A DNA stretch of 64,000 nucleotides from Spirochaetia bacterium (GTDB taxonomy: Bacteria; Spirochaetota; Spirochaetia; SZUA-6; Bin103): the NCBI GenBank assembly GCA_965203905.1, contig CBDBDQ010000005.1, forward strand, positions 992,001-1,056,000, written 5' to 3'. The notes beneath the pieces were generated by a model. The model was not told the origin of the DNA, made no database searches, and saw only the letters and a list, made by a program, of their open reading frames with translations. Numbering within the stretch: the stretch's first letter is position 1; the number at the start of each line of letters is the position of its first letter. This document shows positions 47,904-58,320 of the stretch, piece after piece. The position numbers and the translations under genes are program-made.

Positions 47904-50891
47904 ATGGCGCCCGTTCGTCATCCGATCCATCGGCGTCTCGAGGCCGAGGATCTCGTGCGACTGCGCCGGTCATCCGAGCGGCGGCGTTACGCGGCATCGC
48001 AGCGGCGGGGGCGCATCGATCCCAATCCGCACCAGATCGACGCGGTGATGTTCGCCCTGCGGCGGATACCCGAGGGTGGCTGCATCCTGGCCGACGAGGT
48101 GGGGCTGGGCAAGACGATCGAGGCCGGACTGGTGGTGGCCCAGGTCATGGCCGAAGGCGCCGAGCGGATCCTCATCGTCGTTCCCAAACCGCTCCTGGGA
48201 CAGTGGCAGGATGAGCTCTACACCCTGTTCGGCATCTCCGCCCGTGAGGCTGCCGACAGCGAAAGCGATGTCACGGCACCCGGCGTGTTCCTGGCCGGGC
48301 GCGAGTACGCGGGCAGCGCCACCGGTTCGGGACGCCTGGCGGCTGCGCCGCCGTTCGACCTGTGTGTCATCGACGAGGCACACGAGATGTTCGCCGGCAT
48401 CTACCAGCGCTTCGACCGCTACGGCACGTACGACGAAACCAGCGCCGCGGCGCAGACCGCGCACCGGGTGCGCAAGCTGATCGGCCCGGCGCCGGTCCTG
48501 CTCCTGACGGCCACGCCGATTCAGAATTCGCTCGCCGAGTTGTGGGGCTTGCTGCACTACGTCGAGCCGACCGGGACGCTGGTGGGCTCGCTGCCGATCT
48601 TCAAGGCGCTGTTCTGTGAGGGGCAGGATGGCCGGCGGCTGGTTCCCGCGCAGGCCCCCGAGTTGCGGCGCCGGCTCGGCGCAGTGGTGCAGCGGACGCT
48701 GCGCCGCCAGGCGCAGGAGTTCCTGGACAAGCCATTCGTGGGACGCCGCGCCCAACTCTACGAATACGCCATGAGCACCGAGGAGAAGCAGCTCTACGAC
48801 GACGTGACCAACTACCTCCTGTCCCCGAGCCTGAATGCGTTTCAGGGCCGTTCCCGACAACTGCTGCTCATCGGGTTCCACCGCCTCATGGCGTCCTCCA
48901 CGGCGGCGCTGGCGAACAGTCTGGAACGGGTCGCCGAGCGGCTGCGGAGGATGCGCCGCGGTGCGCCCGCAAGCGAGGATCCCCGGGACACCGAACCGCT
49001 CATCACCGATCTCGATGACGACGAGCTGCCGCCCGCCCTGCCGCACATCGAGGATGATCCGGCCGGCGCGCGAGTCGCGGCGGCGCCGGCGCTTGACGCC
49101 GAACTGGCGCAGGTCGAGGACTTCGTGCGCCGGGCCCGTTCCCTGCCGCACGACAGCAAGGCGCACAGCCTGGTCAAGGTGGTGCGCTCCATCGGCGACC
49201 GGTGCGACGGCAACGCCAAGCTGGTGGTGTTCACGGAATCGCTGACCACGCAGGGGTATCTGCGCGACCTGCTGACACGGCACGCGGGACTTCAGGAGGG
49301 CGAAATCACCCTGTTCCGGGGACAGAACGACTCGCCGCGCGCACGGCAGGCGCTGCGGCGCTGGCAGGAAGAGGTCGGCAGGCACCTCCCGGGGCCTCGT
49401 GCTCCGAGCCCGGAGGTCGCCGTGCGGCTGGCGCTGGTGCACGAGTTCAAGACCCGTGCGCGCGTGTTCATCGCCACCGAAGCGGGTGCCAAGGGGCTCA
49501 ACCTGCAGTTCTGCGACACCATCGTCAACTACGATCTGCCGTGGAACCCGCAGCGCATCGAGCAGCGGATCGGCCGTTGCCACCGCTACGGTCAGACGCG
49601 CGACGTGACGGTCGTCAATTTCCTGGCCAGGGACAACGAGACCCAGCGCTTGACGCTGGAGATACTGGCGCAGAAGCTGGACCTGTTCGGCGACGTGCTG
49701 GACATGTCCGATGCGGTGCTGCACCAGGCGCGTTCGCAACGTTCCGAGGAGCTGTCCACGGCCCTCGGCCCGGACTTCGAGCAGCAGCTCAACCGAATCT
49801 GGGAACGTGCCCGTTCGATCGACGAGGTGGAGGAGGAGCTGCGCCGCCTGCGCGAGACCATGGAGGAGCGGCGCCGGGAACTGGAGCGGATCCGGGAGCA
49901 CACGACCGGCCTCATCGAAGCTCGTTTCGACGACTCGGTGCAGCAGGTGTTCCGGCGCATCGCCGAGGAGTTGCCCGCCACGCTGGCCGACCTGGATGCG
50001 GACCTGGAGCGGGTCGTCATCGACTACCTGCGCGCCAACGGCGTAGACCACGCCAGCGAGGCTCAAAACGGCCGGCGGCTGATCCGGATTCCCCCTTCCG
50101 AGCGCCTACCCGGTACGCTGGCGGCGGGGCTCTCCGTCAGCGCGGGTCAGGCGCAGGCGCTGGCAGAGGTCGATGCCCTGCACGTCGCCCATCCGCTGGT
50201 GCGGGCGGCGATCGACGATGCTCGACGCAGGGGAGCGGGAACCTTCTCGGTGCGATTCCTGCTCACGACGCAGGCGCCGGACGAGCTGAAGCAACGTCGG
50301 GGGTCACGCGGACGCCTGGCGCTGAGCCGCATGTCCTATCGCGGGTTCGAGCGCGAGGATCGCCTGATAGCGACCGCCGTGTTCGAAGATTCCGCGGTCC
50401 TGCGGCCGGCCGAAGCGGCGCTGGAGCTGCTCGCCCTGCCGTGCCAGGATCTGCCGGCTCCGCTTGCCGACCTCTCCGTGACCGCCGCCGACCTGGACGA
50501 AGTGGTGGACGAAGCACTGTTCTTCGACCAGGCGCGGGCCGCCGACGCCGAAGCGGAGGCGTTCTCGCGGGCTCTGGACCAGCTCGACCAGTACGTCGAA
50601 GACCGCCTGCTGGTGCTGCGGCGCGGGCAGCGGGAAATCTCGGATCAGCTCAAGCAGGCCGAGGAACGGCGCGACGCGGCGCTGGGCGCCGATGCGCGCG
50701 GCCGCGCCGAAGAGCGCATTCGGCGCCTGGAACGTGAGCTGAGCGTCACCGAAGACCGGATCGAACGGCTGGCGGCCCGCGATGACGGCGACTACGAGCG
50801 TTGGCGGTCGCAGCTTCACCGCCGCCGCTACACGCCGCCGCAGGCTGCACGGCTGTTCGACCTGGAGTTCGTGATCGGCGAAACAGAGTGA
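47904..50891 (+). CDS. SNF2/SWI2 family helicase-like ATPase with coiled-coil C-terminus
   Basis: PHQIDA, LADEVGLGKTIEAG, IDEAH, LTATPIQN, VFTES, GLNLQ..NYDLPWNPQRIEQRIGRCHR. Confidence 0.93.
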   Translation: MAPVRHPIHRRLEAEDLVRLRRSSERRRYAASQRRGRIDPNPHQIDAVMFALRRIPEGGCILADEVGLGKTIEAGLVVAQVMAEGAERILIVVPKPLLGQWQDELYTLFGISAREAADSESDVTAPGVFLAGREYAGSATGSGRLAAAPPFDLCVIDEAHEMFAGIYQRFDRYGTYDETSAAAQTAHRVRKLIGPAPVLLLTATPIQNSLAELWGLLHYVEPTGTLVGSLPIFKALFCEGQDGRRLVPAQAPELRRRLGAVVQRTLRRQAQEFLDKPFVGRRAQLYEYAMSTEEKQLYDDVTNYLLSPSLNAFQGRSRQLLLIGFHRLMASSTAALANSLERVAERLRRMRRGAPASEDPRDTEPLITDLDDDELPPALPHIEDDPAGARVAAAPALDAELAQVEDFVRRARSLPHDSKAHSLVKVVRSIGDRCDGNAKLVVFTESLTTQGYLRDLLTRHAGLQEGEITLFRGQNDSPRARQALRRWQEEVGRHLPGPRAPSPEVAVRLALVHEFKTRARVFIATEAGAKGLNLQFCDTIVNYDLPWNPQRIEQRIGRCHRYGQTRDVTVVNFLARDNETQRLTLEILAQKLDLFGDVLDMSDAVLHQARSQRSEELSTALGPDFEQQLNRIWERARSIDEVEEELRRLRETMEERRRELERIREHTTGLIEARFDDSVQQVFRRIAEELPATLADLDADLERVVIDYLRANGVDHASEAQNGRRLIRIPPSERLPGTLAAGLSVSAGQAQALAEVDALHVAHPLVRAAIDDARRRGAGTFSVRFLLTTQAPDELKQRRGSRGRLALSRMSYRGFEREDRLIATAVFEDSAVLRPAEAALELLALPCQDLPAPLADLSVTAADLDEVVDEALFFDQARAADAEAEAFSRALDQLDQYVEDRLLVLRRGQREISDQLKQAEERRDAALGADARGRAEERIRRLERELSVTEDRIERLAARDDGDYERWRSQLHRRRYTPPQAARLFDLEFVIGETE

Positions 50892-52018
50892 ACGTGGCAC
50901 TCAAGATATTGCACACCGCCGACTGGCACCTCGGCCTGCGGTTCCCCGCGCTGACGCCCGAGCAGGAGAGCCGCTTGACGCGGGCGCGCCTGGAAGTGGT
51001 GGGACGGATTCTCGACCTTGCCGAGAGCCGGCGCGTAGATGCGGTGCTCTGCGCCGGCGACCTGTTCGACGAGCCGCGGCCCGACGAGGAGTGGTGGCAG
51101 GGATTGCTGTCCGAGTTTCAGCGCCGGTCGTGGACGCGACCGGTCATCCTGCTGCCGGGCAACCACGACCCATTGACGCCGAATTCGATCTATGCGGCAG
51201 GCAATCGGTTCCGGCGCGGACTACCCGGTTACGTGCACGTGGTCGATTCCGATGAGTTCGAGTTGGCGCTCGGATCCGGCGCGGTGGTGTACGCGAGACC
51301 GTGCCGGTCGCGTGCCGGCCAGACCGGGCTGGCGGCCAGCCTCCCGGCGCGCGCGGCTGGCGATGAGCGGATTCGCATCGGGCTCATTCACGGCCAGACC
51401 TTCGATCTCCCGGATCATCAGACCACGTTCCCGATAGAACGAAATGCCGCGCTGGAGCGTGGACTGGACTACCTCGCGATCGGCGACACGCACGGATTCC
51501 GCGACGTGCAGCCGGATGCCAGGGTACCGACCATCTATCCGGGAGCACCCGAGGCCACGAAGTTCGGGGAGCACGGTTCCGGCCAGGTCGCCCTGGTCTT
51601 CTTCCCGCGCGACCGGGCGCGGCGGGCACTGGTCGAGGGCGAGGCGGTCGCGGCCTGGTCGTGGCGGGAGGAGACCTGCCGTTCTCTCGCGGAGCTGCAG
51701 CGGCTGCGGGACGAGCACCTGCGCAAGACCGTGCTGAGATTGACGCTGGACGCCCGACTGCCGCTCCACGAATACGACGAGGCGGCACGCATACTGACGG
51801 AACTGAAGGGGTCGCTGTCGTCCCACCCCAAGGTCGGGGTGCTGCTCGCCGATCGCAGTCGGCTGCGCCTCGACACCACCGATTCGTCGCGGTTCACCGA
51901 GGGCTGGCCGGAAGTGCTGCGCTCCGTCGTCCGGCGGCTGAAGGAGCACGAAGCGGACGACCCGGAGAAGGCGGAGCGCGCCCTCCATCACCTCTACGAG
52001 CTGGTCCGAGGGCAATAG
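50888..52018 (+). CDS. Mre11/SbcD-like metallophosphoesterase nuclease
   Basis: HTADWHLG, AGDLFD, PGNHD, IHG, YLAIGDTHG, YPGAPE..FGE. GTGA overlap with SNF2. Confidence 0.9.
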   Translation: MNVALKILHTADWHLGLRFPALTPEQESRLTRARLEVVGRILDLAESRRVDAVLCAGDLFDEPRPDEEWWQGLLSEFQRRSWTRPVILLPGNHDPLTPNSIYAAGNRFRRGLPGYVHVVDSDEFELALGSGAVVYARPCRSRAGQTGLAASLPARAAGDERIRIGLIHGQTFDLPDHQTTFPIERNAALERGLDYLAIGDTHGFRDVQPDARVPTIYPGAPEATKFGEHGSGQVALVFFPRDRARRALVEGEAVAAWSWREETCRSLAELQRLRDEHLRKTVLRLTLDARLPLHEYDEAARILTELKGSLSSHPKVGVLLADRSRLRLDTTDSSRFTEGWPEVLRSVVRRLKEHEADDPEKAERALHHLYELVRGQ

Positions 52019-52020
52019 CG

Positions 52021-55000
52021 ATGTGGATCAGGCAGGTCTCGGTACGCCACTTCGCCGGTATCCGCTCAGCCGAAATCACCCTCGCACACGGTCTCAACGT
52101 CCTGCACGGACCGAACGAGATCGGCAAGTCGACGCTCGTGGAGGCCATTCGGGCGGCCCTGCTGCTGCAGCACGGTGCATCCGCCGCCCGCGACTTCGAC
52201 GACTGGCACACCGATCAGCCGGCGCAGGTGACACTGACCCTCGAGACCGAGCCACAGCGCATCTGGCGCGTGCGCAAGAGCTTCGGCAAGGGCGTGGATG
52301 GATCGAGCTACCTGGACTTCTCGCGCGATGGAGCGACCTTCACTCAGGAGGCCAAGGGACGTGACGTGGACGGCCGGATTCGAGAGCTGCTGCGCTGGGG
52401 CCTGCCGGCACCAGGCGGCAAGGGGCGCTCCAAGGGGTTCTCCGAGTCGTTCCTGGCGACCACCCTGCTGGCCGATCAGCGCGCCGTCGCCGACCTGCTG
52501 GAGCGCAGTCTCGACGACGACCCCGACGAATCGGGGAAAGGTCGGCTGAGCGACGCGCTGCAGGCGCTCGCCCAAGACCCGGTGTTCCGCAAGGTCGTCG
52601 CCCGCACCCAGGAGCGCGTGGACGAGGCGTTCACCGGCACCGGGCAACGCAGCCGACGTCGAGGATCGCCATGGATGAACCTGCGAGACCAGCGTCAGGC
52701 CGCCGACCGGCGCCGAACCGAGATGCGCCGCCGCGTCACCGAGAGCGACGATGCCCGCGCCCGCGTCGACCGCTGCCGCGAGCAGCTCGACGAAGCCCGC
52801 AGCCGGCTCGACGCTGCGCGGCGCCAGCGGCAACGGATCGACGCTGCCTGGGAACGGCAGCGGGCGCGCGACGCGGTCGGCGCCGAGATCGCCAAGGCAA
52901 CGCGGGAGCGAGACCGGATTCAGGGCCTCCACGACGAACGGGACCAGGCCAGGCGGGAACTGGACGCCGCCGAGCAAGCGGTCGGCGCGGCCGACGCGAG
53001 CATGGCCCAGGCGGCAGAGACGGAGCGGCGCGCACGAGAGTGCCTCGACACCGCTCGCCGGCACCTGGCCGAAGCGGAGAGTGGCGCCGCCCGGCAGCAG
53101 CGTACGATCCGCAGGCAGGAGATCGAGAACCTCCGGCTCAGGAACAGGAATCGGCGAGCCGAAGTGGAGCGGGGCAAGGCGGAAGCGGCCGGTGTGCGCG
53201 ACCTGGAGGCCGCGACCCAGCGGTTGCGGGCGGACCTGGAGGCCAGGTCGCGGAAGCTTGCCGCGACCAGATCGCGCGCCCGGAAGGCTCATGAGCAGGA
53301 CCGGAAGGCCGCCGCCGAGATCAGTCGAATCGCGGGCCAGGTCCTGGGGCTGAAGCTGCTGAGCGGCCGCGAGCAGCTCGCGCGGCTGCACGAGTCGGCG
53401 CGCCAGGCCAGGGAGTTGCAGTCACGGGCGCACGCAAAGTCGCAGCGTGCCAAGGCATTGCGCACCTCGGTAAAGGGTCGCTCCTTGCCCGACTCCGAAC
53501 AGTTGGAAACCCTGCGCGCGCTGCAGACCGATCTTCGGGTCGCGGAACAGGCCTTGCAGGTGGGAGTCTCCGTCGAGATCACACCGAGCCGTCCGCTGTC
53601 CGTTACCACCCGCGCCGACGGCGGACCACCCCGGACCGCCGACCTGACTCGGCCCGAGTCGATGGAAGCGGCCGCACACCTGCGCCTGGAGCTGGAGGGG
53701 GTCGGGCAGATCGAGATTCGGGGCGGGAGCCGCGACTCCCGTGAGCGAGCCTCGCGGCTACGAGCGGAGTGGGCCGCCGCGACCTCCGGATTGTTCCAAC
53801 GGCTCCAGGTCGACAACCTGGAACAGCTCATCGCGCAGTGTCACGCCGGAGAGCGGGAGCTGGCCGCGGCCGACGCCCTGGTGCGCGAGGCCGATCAGGA
53901 ACACCAGCAAGCCGCGGCTCTGATCCAGGATGACGAGTTCATCGCCGAGCGCGGGCGCGAGTTGCAACGGCTCGAACGGCAGGTCAGGGATGATCTCGGC
54001 GAACACGACCTCGAAGAGTTCGTTCGCCGGTGCGCGTCCGGTGACGGGGCCGATACGGCTTCGCTGGAACAGCGGCTCGCCTCCCTGCGCGCCGCTCGTG
54101 AGCGCGGAACGGCGCGCATCGGCGAGCTCCAACAGCAGGTTTCGCGGGCGGAGGGAAGCATCGAGTCCGGGCAGCAGGAGCTGGCAACGCGGGAAGCCGC
54201 GTTCGCGGAGCGCCGCGAGGCTCTCGCCGATCCCTGGGAGTCGGTGCTGGCGCGCGCGGAAGCGGAACTCGATACCCTCGGAAGTGAGGACCGGGGCCTG
54301 GCAAAGGAGCTCGAGGCGCTGGAGACCGGGGCCAGCAATGAAGTGGAACAGGCACGAACCAGCGTCCGACAGGGCGAACAGCGGCTTGCGGTCGCCAGGT
54401 CGCGGAGCTCGAACTGCAGCGAGACGGTCGAATCGGCGCGCGAGAAACGCGACCGGCTGGCGGGTACTGTCGATGAGCGCGCCGCTGCGGTGCGGCGGGA
54501 AGATCTCGCAGCGGCCCGCGCGCACCTCCAGGCGCTGCGCGCCAGCCTCGCGCAACTGCCGGTACCGGAGATGGAAGTCACCGAGCAGGAGCGCGAGCAG
54601 GCGGTGGATGCGGTACGGCGGCTCACCGAGGAGTGCGGCGGCGCGGACGCCGAGCTGCAGAAGGCGGAAGGCGCGCTGCAACAGGTCGGTGGTCACACCG
54701 TCCAGGAGCAACTGGCGCAGGCGAACGAGGCGGTGACGGCGGTCAACCGGCGCGAGGGCGAGATCGAGGTCGAGTATGGCGCCTGGAAGCTGCTGCTCGA
54801 CACGCTGCGCGAGGCCGAGGCGGAGGATGCCGTGCACCTCGGGAAGGCGCTCGTCGAGCCGGTATCGCGGCGCGTCTCCGAACTGACCGGCGGTTCGTAC
54901 GGCGAGGTCACCATCGCCCCGACGCTGTCGACGCAATACATCGAGGCGGCCGGCAGTGAACGCGATCTCTCGCGGCTGTCGGTCGGAACCCGGGATCAGC

Positions 55001-55239
55001 TTGCCACCGTGCTGCGTCTCACCATCGCAGAGAAGCTGGGCAGCACCGTCGTCCTGGACGACCAACTCGTGCAGAGCGATGCATCACGCATGCGCTCGCT
55101 GTACGAGCTCATGCAGCAGTGCGCGAAGGAGTTTCAGATTCTCGTGCTCACCTGCCACCCCGAACACTATCGCCCCCCCGATGGCCGCCCGCTGCACGCG
55201 ATCGACCTCACCGAGCACATCGAGCGCACCCAACCGTAA
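52021..55239 (+). CDS. SMC/Rad50/SbcC-like (YhaN-type) ABC ATPase with long coiled coil
   Basis: GPNEIGKST Walker A, ~800-aa coiled-coil-rich region with a central beta-rich insert, LSVGT signature, VVLDD Walker B, LTCH. Confidence 0.9.
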   Translation: MWIRQVSVRHFAGIRSAEITLAHGLNVLHGPNEIGKSTLVEAIRAALLLQHGASAARDFDDWHTDQPAQVTLTLETEPQRIWRVRKSFGKGVDGSSYLDFSRDGATFTQEAKGRDVDGRIRELLRWGLPAPGGKGRSKGFSESFLATTLLADQRAVADLLERSLDDDPDESGKGRLSDALQALAQDPVFRKVVARTQERVDEAFTGTGQRSRRRGSPWMNLRDQRQAADRRRTEMRRRVTESDDARARVDRCREQLDEARSRLDAARRQRQRIDAAWERQRARDAVGAEIAKATRERDRIQGLHDERDQARRELDAAEQAVGAADASMAQAAETERRARECLDTARRHLAEAESGAARQQRTIRRQEIENLRLRNRNRRAEVERGKAEAAGVRDLEAATQRLRADLEARSRKLAATRSRARKAHEQDRKAAAEISRIAGQVLGLKLLSGREQLARLHESARQARELQSRAHAKSQRAKALRTSVKGRSLPDSEQLETLRALQTDLRVAEQALQVGVSVEITPSRPLSVTTRADGGPPRTADLTRPESMEAAAHLRLELEGVGQIEIRGGSRDSRERASRLRAEWAAATSGLFQRLQVDNLEQLIAQCHAGERELAAADALVREADQEHQQAAALIQDDEFIAERGRELQRLERQVRDDLGEHDLEEFVRRCASGDGADTASLEQRLASLRAARERGTARIGELQQQVSRAEGSIESGQQELATREAAFAERREALADPWESVLARAEAELDTLGSEDRGLAKELEALETGASNEVEQARTSVRQGEQRLAVARSRSSNCSETVESAREKRDRLAGTVDERAAAVRREDLAAARAHLQALRASLAQLPVPEMEVTEQEREQAVDAVRRLTEECGGADAELQKAEGALQQVGGHTVQEQLAQANEAVTAVNRREGEIEVEYGAWKLLLDTLREAEAEDAVHLGKALVEPVSRRVSELTGGSYGEVTIAPTLSTQYIEAAGSERDLSRLSVGTRDQLATVLRLTIAEKLGSTVVLDDQLVQSDASRMRSLYELMQQCAKEFQILVLTCHPEHYRPPDGRPLHAIDLTEHIERTQP

Positions 55240-55379
55240 CGCCTCAGCCACTCCCCCAAGCGAAACGCGGCCGGTCTTGGCTGCCACACACGCGATTCGC
55301 TTGACGCCATTTAGGCTCTCAGCGCCATTCCTTCATCGTGGTCATTGTGCTCCGAACTTGACCGCTTACGCGCTCTCTC

Positions 55380-55567
55380 ATGATGATGCGGCCATGATCG
55401 CCGTCCACCGCCCCGCCCCCGGAGGCCAGATTCGCGACGACGACGGCACCGCTCAAGCCCTGATCGAGCTTGGATACACTGTCATCCGCATTCACCACAC
55501 CGACGATTGGGAAGCGATATTCGGCCGCCATACCGATGTCTTCGGAGCGCAGGACGATGTCACGTGA
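55380..55567 (+). pseudogene. C-terminal remnant resembling the DUF559-like tail of DUF1998 DEAD/DEAH helicases
   Basis: ALIELGYTVIRIHHTDDWEAIFGRHTDVFG. Confidence 0.5.
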
Positions 55568-56609
55568 CGAATACCACCGCGTGTTGCTGGAACGCCTGCA
55601 CGGACAACTCCGATGGGAAAATGAACCGGCCCCGGACTGGACGGTCGACGATCTTGATCTGAGCGAGATCACCCGCACCCTTGATGAAGCAATTCGCCGG
55701 CGTCGAGCGGAAGATCCCGGAACACGGGAACCAACGGAGCTGCTGCGCGGATTCGGCTTGATCCACGACGGCCGGCTGCTCCGCGCCGCGGTCGTGTTGT
55801 TCGGCAGATCCGAGCGTGTGGGCGCGGAGTACCCGCAGTGCATGCTGCGGGTAGCGAGATTTCGCGGTATCGCCCGCACCGACGAGTTTCTGGACAACCG
55901 GCAGTTTCACGGCAATGCGTTCACCCTCCTGGGCAGCGCAGAACGCTTCTTCCGGGAGAGCCTGCCCATCGCCGGTCGCATCGAGCCAGACCTATTCGAA
56001 CGAGTGGATGATCCGCTCTATCCGCCGCCGGCTCTGCGTGAGGCGCTCGCCAATGCCATCTGTCACCGGGACTACTCCATCGGCGGGGGATCGGTGGCCG
56101 CGGCGATCTACGACGACCGCCTCGAAGTCACTTCCTCGGGTCGGCTGCACTTCGGGCTCACACCCGAAGCGCTGTTCGAGCCCCATGAGTCGTTGCCCTG
56201 GAACCCGCTGATCGCACGGGTCTTCTACCTCCGCGGGATCATCGAGCAGTGGGGCCGGGGAACCATCAAGATGCGAGAACTGACGACCAGCGCCGGATTG
56301 CCGGCACCGGAGATCGAGGACGCGGGCGGATGCGTCACGGTGCGCTTCAGACCGGGAACCTACGTGCGGAGTCGTGTCGAGCGGGAGGTAACCGATCGCC
56401 AGCAGGCCATTCTCGCCCTGCTCGCGGGAGTGTCCGACGGCCTTGCCTTACGCGAGATCATCCCCCAATTGGGCGATTCTGTTGTGTGGTGGCAGGTACG
56501 AGATGATTTGCGGATCTTGCGAACACTCGGCTTGGCGATATGCAAAGGCCGCGGCCGTGGTGCGCGCTGGCTGCGCCGGCAGGTTCCATCAGCGGAACTC
56601 ATGGAATGA
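55557..56609 (+). CDS. RecG-C-like ATP-binding regulator with wHTH, N-terminal AlbA domain missing (possible pseudogene)
   Basis: ALREALANAICHRDYS, IYDDRLEV, NPLIARVF, EQWGRG, GRGRGARW wHTH. Confidence 0.8.
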   Translation: MSRDEYHRVLLERLHGQLRWENEPAPDWTVDDLDLSEITRTLDEAIRRRRAEDPGTREPTELLRGFGLIHDGRLLRAAVVLFGRSERVGAEYPQCMLRVARFRGIARTDEFLDNRQFHGNAFTLLGSAERFFRESLPIAGRIEPDLFERVDDPLYPPPALREALANAICHRDYSIGGGSVAAAIYDDRLEVTSSGRLHFGLTPEALFEPHESLPWNPLIARVFYLRGIIEQWGRGTIKMRELTTSAGLPAPEIEDAGGCVTVRFRPGTYVRSRVEREVTDRQQAILALLAGVSDGLALREIIPQLGDSVVWWQVRDDLRILRTLGLAICKGRGRGARWLRRQVPSAELME

Positions 56610-56832
56610 GACTTCTAATTACTTCCCATTACTTCTCATTTCTTTGCAATGAGTCTATAATTGTATTCCAGAGAATAACCTATCCCATTACTTCTCATTG
56701 CTTCCAATTCTGTCCTATTCCGAGGAATAAGACGTCTCATTCTCAACAATAGAACTCTATTGGCGAGCAATTATCGTTGATATAATGATTTAAGCCACTT
56801 CGTCTTATTCTGTTCTATTCTGTCTTATTCCC
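56605..56832. repeat. AT-rich array of 10-bp-period degenerate repeats and palindromes
   Basis: ACTTCTAATT-ACTTCCCATT-ACTTCTCATT; CGTCTTATTC-TGTTCTATTC-TGTCTTATTC; palindrome GAATAAGAC|GTCTCATTC. Confidence 0.75.
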
Positions 56833-57078
56833 AAACTCACAAGGAAAACCCCATCACGGTAACACCGATTCCGATACCTGAGAATAGCGCACCGATACCG
56901 TTTACGAGCAACGGCACATCCGGCACAGCCGCACCGCCCGACGGGTTCACACACCGACGGTCCGCTCCTCCGCGTCGCCGGCACCGGCCCGGCCACGCGG
57001 TACACGGTGTCAGAGCCGCACGAGGTCGGGCCGACACTTGGAAACGTGAGCGCACAAAGTCTCTCTGAATCCGGCACC

Positions 57079-57950
57079 CTATTCCGTGAGCAACACGATA
57101 CGACCCTTGCCACGGCGATCGATGTAATCGACGATCAGCTCCGTGACGGCTGCCAAGTCGACGAACCCGCCAATGCTTTGGATACGGTTCGACCGCAGCT
57201 CCGTTGCGGCCCACTTCAACGTCTTTTTGAGGTCCGTTGCTCGGGTGCAAACCGGGTCTAGGAAACTAGCGCTGTAGCGCCGGCGGCGAAGCAGGTACGC
57301 AATACACAGACTGGCGTGTCGGTAGATGTACTTGGCCTCGTAATGACGCAGTTGTTTCTTCATCACGTCGTGGGCAAGGTCAAGGAGAATACCGCAGGTC
57401 TCATCTTTCATCCGCTCGGTAGCCGCCGCCCGGTATTGGAGAATCCTGGCGAGGGCACGAAGCCAGTCATTGGGACCTTTGAATCCGGTACTCTGAAGGT
57501 GCACAGCCATGACGTCGGCGAATCGGGCAATCTGCTCGGGATCGCGAAGGCAGTTTGCGTACGCATTGAGATGGTGTCGCTTGATAGCGTGGGGTACCGA
57601 GAGCAAGTCCCGTAGCCGCGTCGCAAGCGATTTTTAAGCCGAGCTGAAGTAACCAACGACCCGATAAACTTGCTCATAAATATCTCTGGAAGTCGAGTCG
57701 TCTAACCATGCTACGAGCCGCTCTTCGAACGCGTCAAGCAGTGATCTGTCATTTCCAGCGCCAAACAGTGTCCGTGCCTCATCAAGCACTCCTTCGCTAC
57801 CGACTGCGGTTGCATGATCTGGTGGAGTACGAGCCGCTAAGTTCTCATCCTTCTGCCTCAACAATTCCCGAATCGTCCCGAGATGGTCGTCAACACGCAT
57901 TGCTGTTGGTAGCCTACAATTGGTCAAAAAAACCTGGATTTCGTATTTCA
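57079..57950 (-). pseudogene. 3' remnant of a large unknown helical protein, interrupted by an in-frame TAA at 57634
   Basis: ORFs 57634..58569 (3' part) and 57079..57606 are in the same frame. Lower GC; no 5' end. Confidence 0.55.
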
Positions 57951-57959
57951 CTGCGCGCC

Positions 57960-58320
57960 AACAGCGGCCGCAGGAGAAGAACAGATAGGGCAGCCCGGCG
58001 CGGCGGAACGGCAGGTGGTCGCTGACGTCGCCGATGTAGTGGTTGAGGGCGGCGATCAACGGCAGCCGCCGCGGCAGCCGGCAGGCCGCCATCGCCGCCG
58101 GCAACCCCGGGTGCGACTCCGCCCCGGTCATGGACAGCAGGTTGCGGATGCGCGGCAGCCGGCGCTGCTTGCCGCCCAGGGGGAAGCGCGCCTCGTGGCC
58201 GGTCAGGTCCCGGATCAGCCCGCAGGCGACGCAGCGTTCGTCCATCCACCGCTCGTGAAAGTGCACGCTGTCCCAGGCGTCGAACTGCGCCGCGCTGGCG
58301 TAGCCCAGCGCCAGCGCCGC
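57960..58320 (-). pseudogene. Internal fragment of an M28-family peptidase
   Basis: YIGDVSDHLPFRRAGLPYLFFSCGR motif. High GC, unlike its flanks. Confidence 0.6.

Noticed and set aside
56605-56832. Possible CRISPR array
   Set aside because: Units are ~10 bp, degenerate and contiguous, with no spacers and no cas genes. Kept only as a repeat array.
57634-57636. In-frame stop as possible recoding (Sec/Pyl)
   Set aside because: The stop is TAA in a 5'-truncated remnant, so simple pseudogenisation is more likely.
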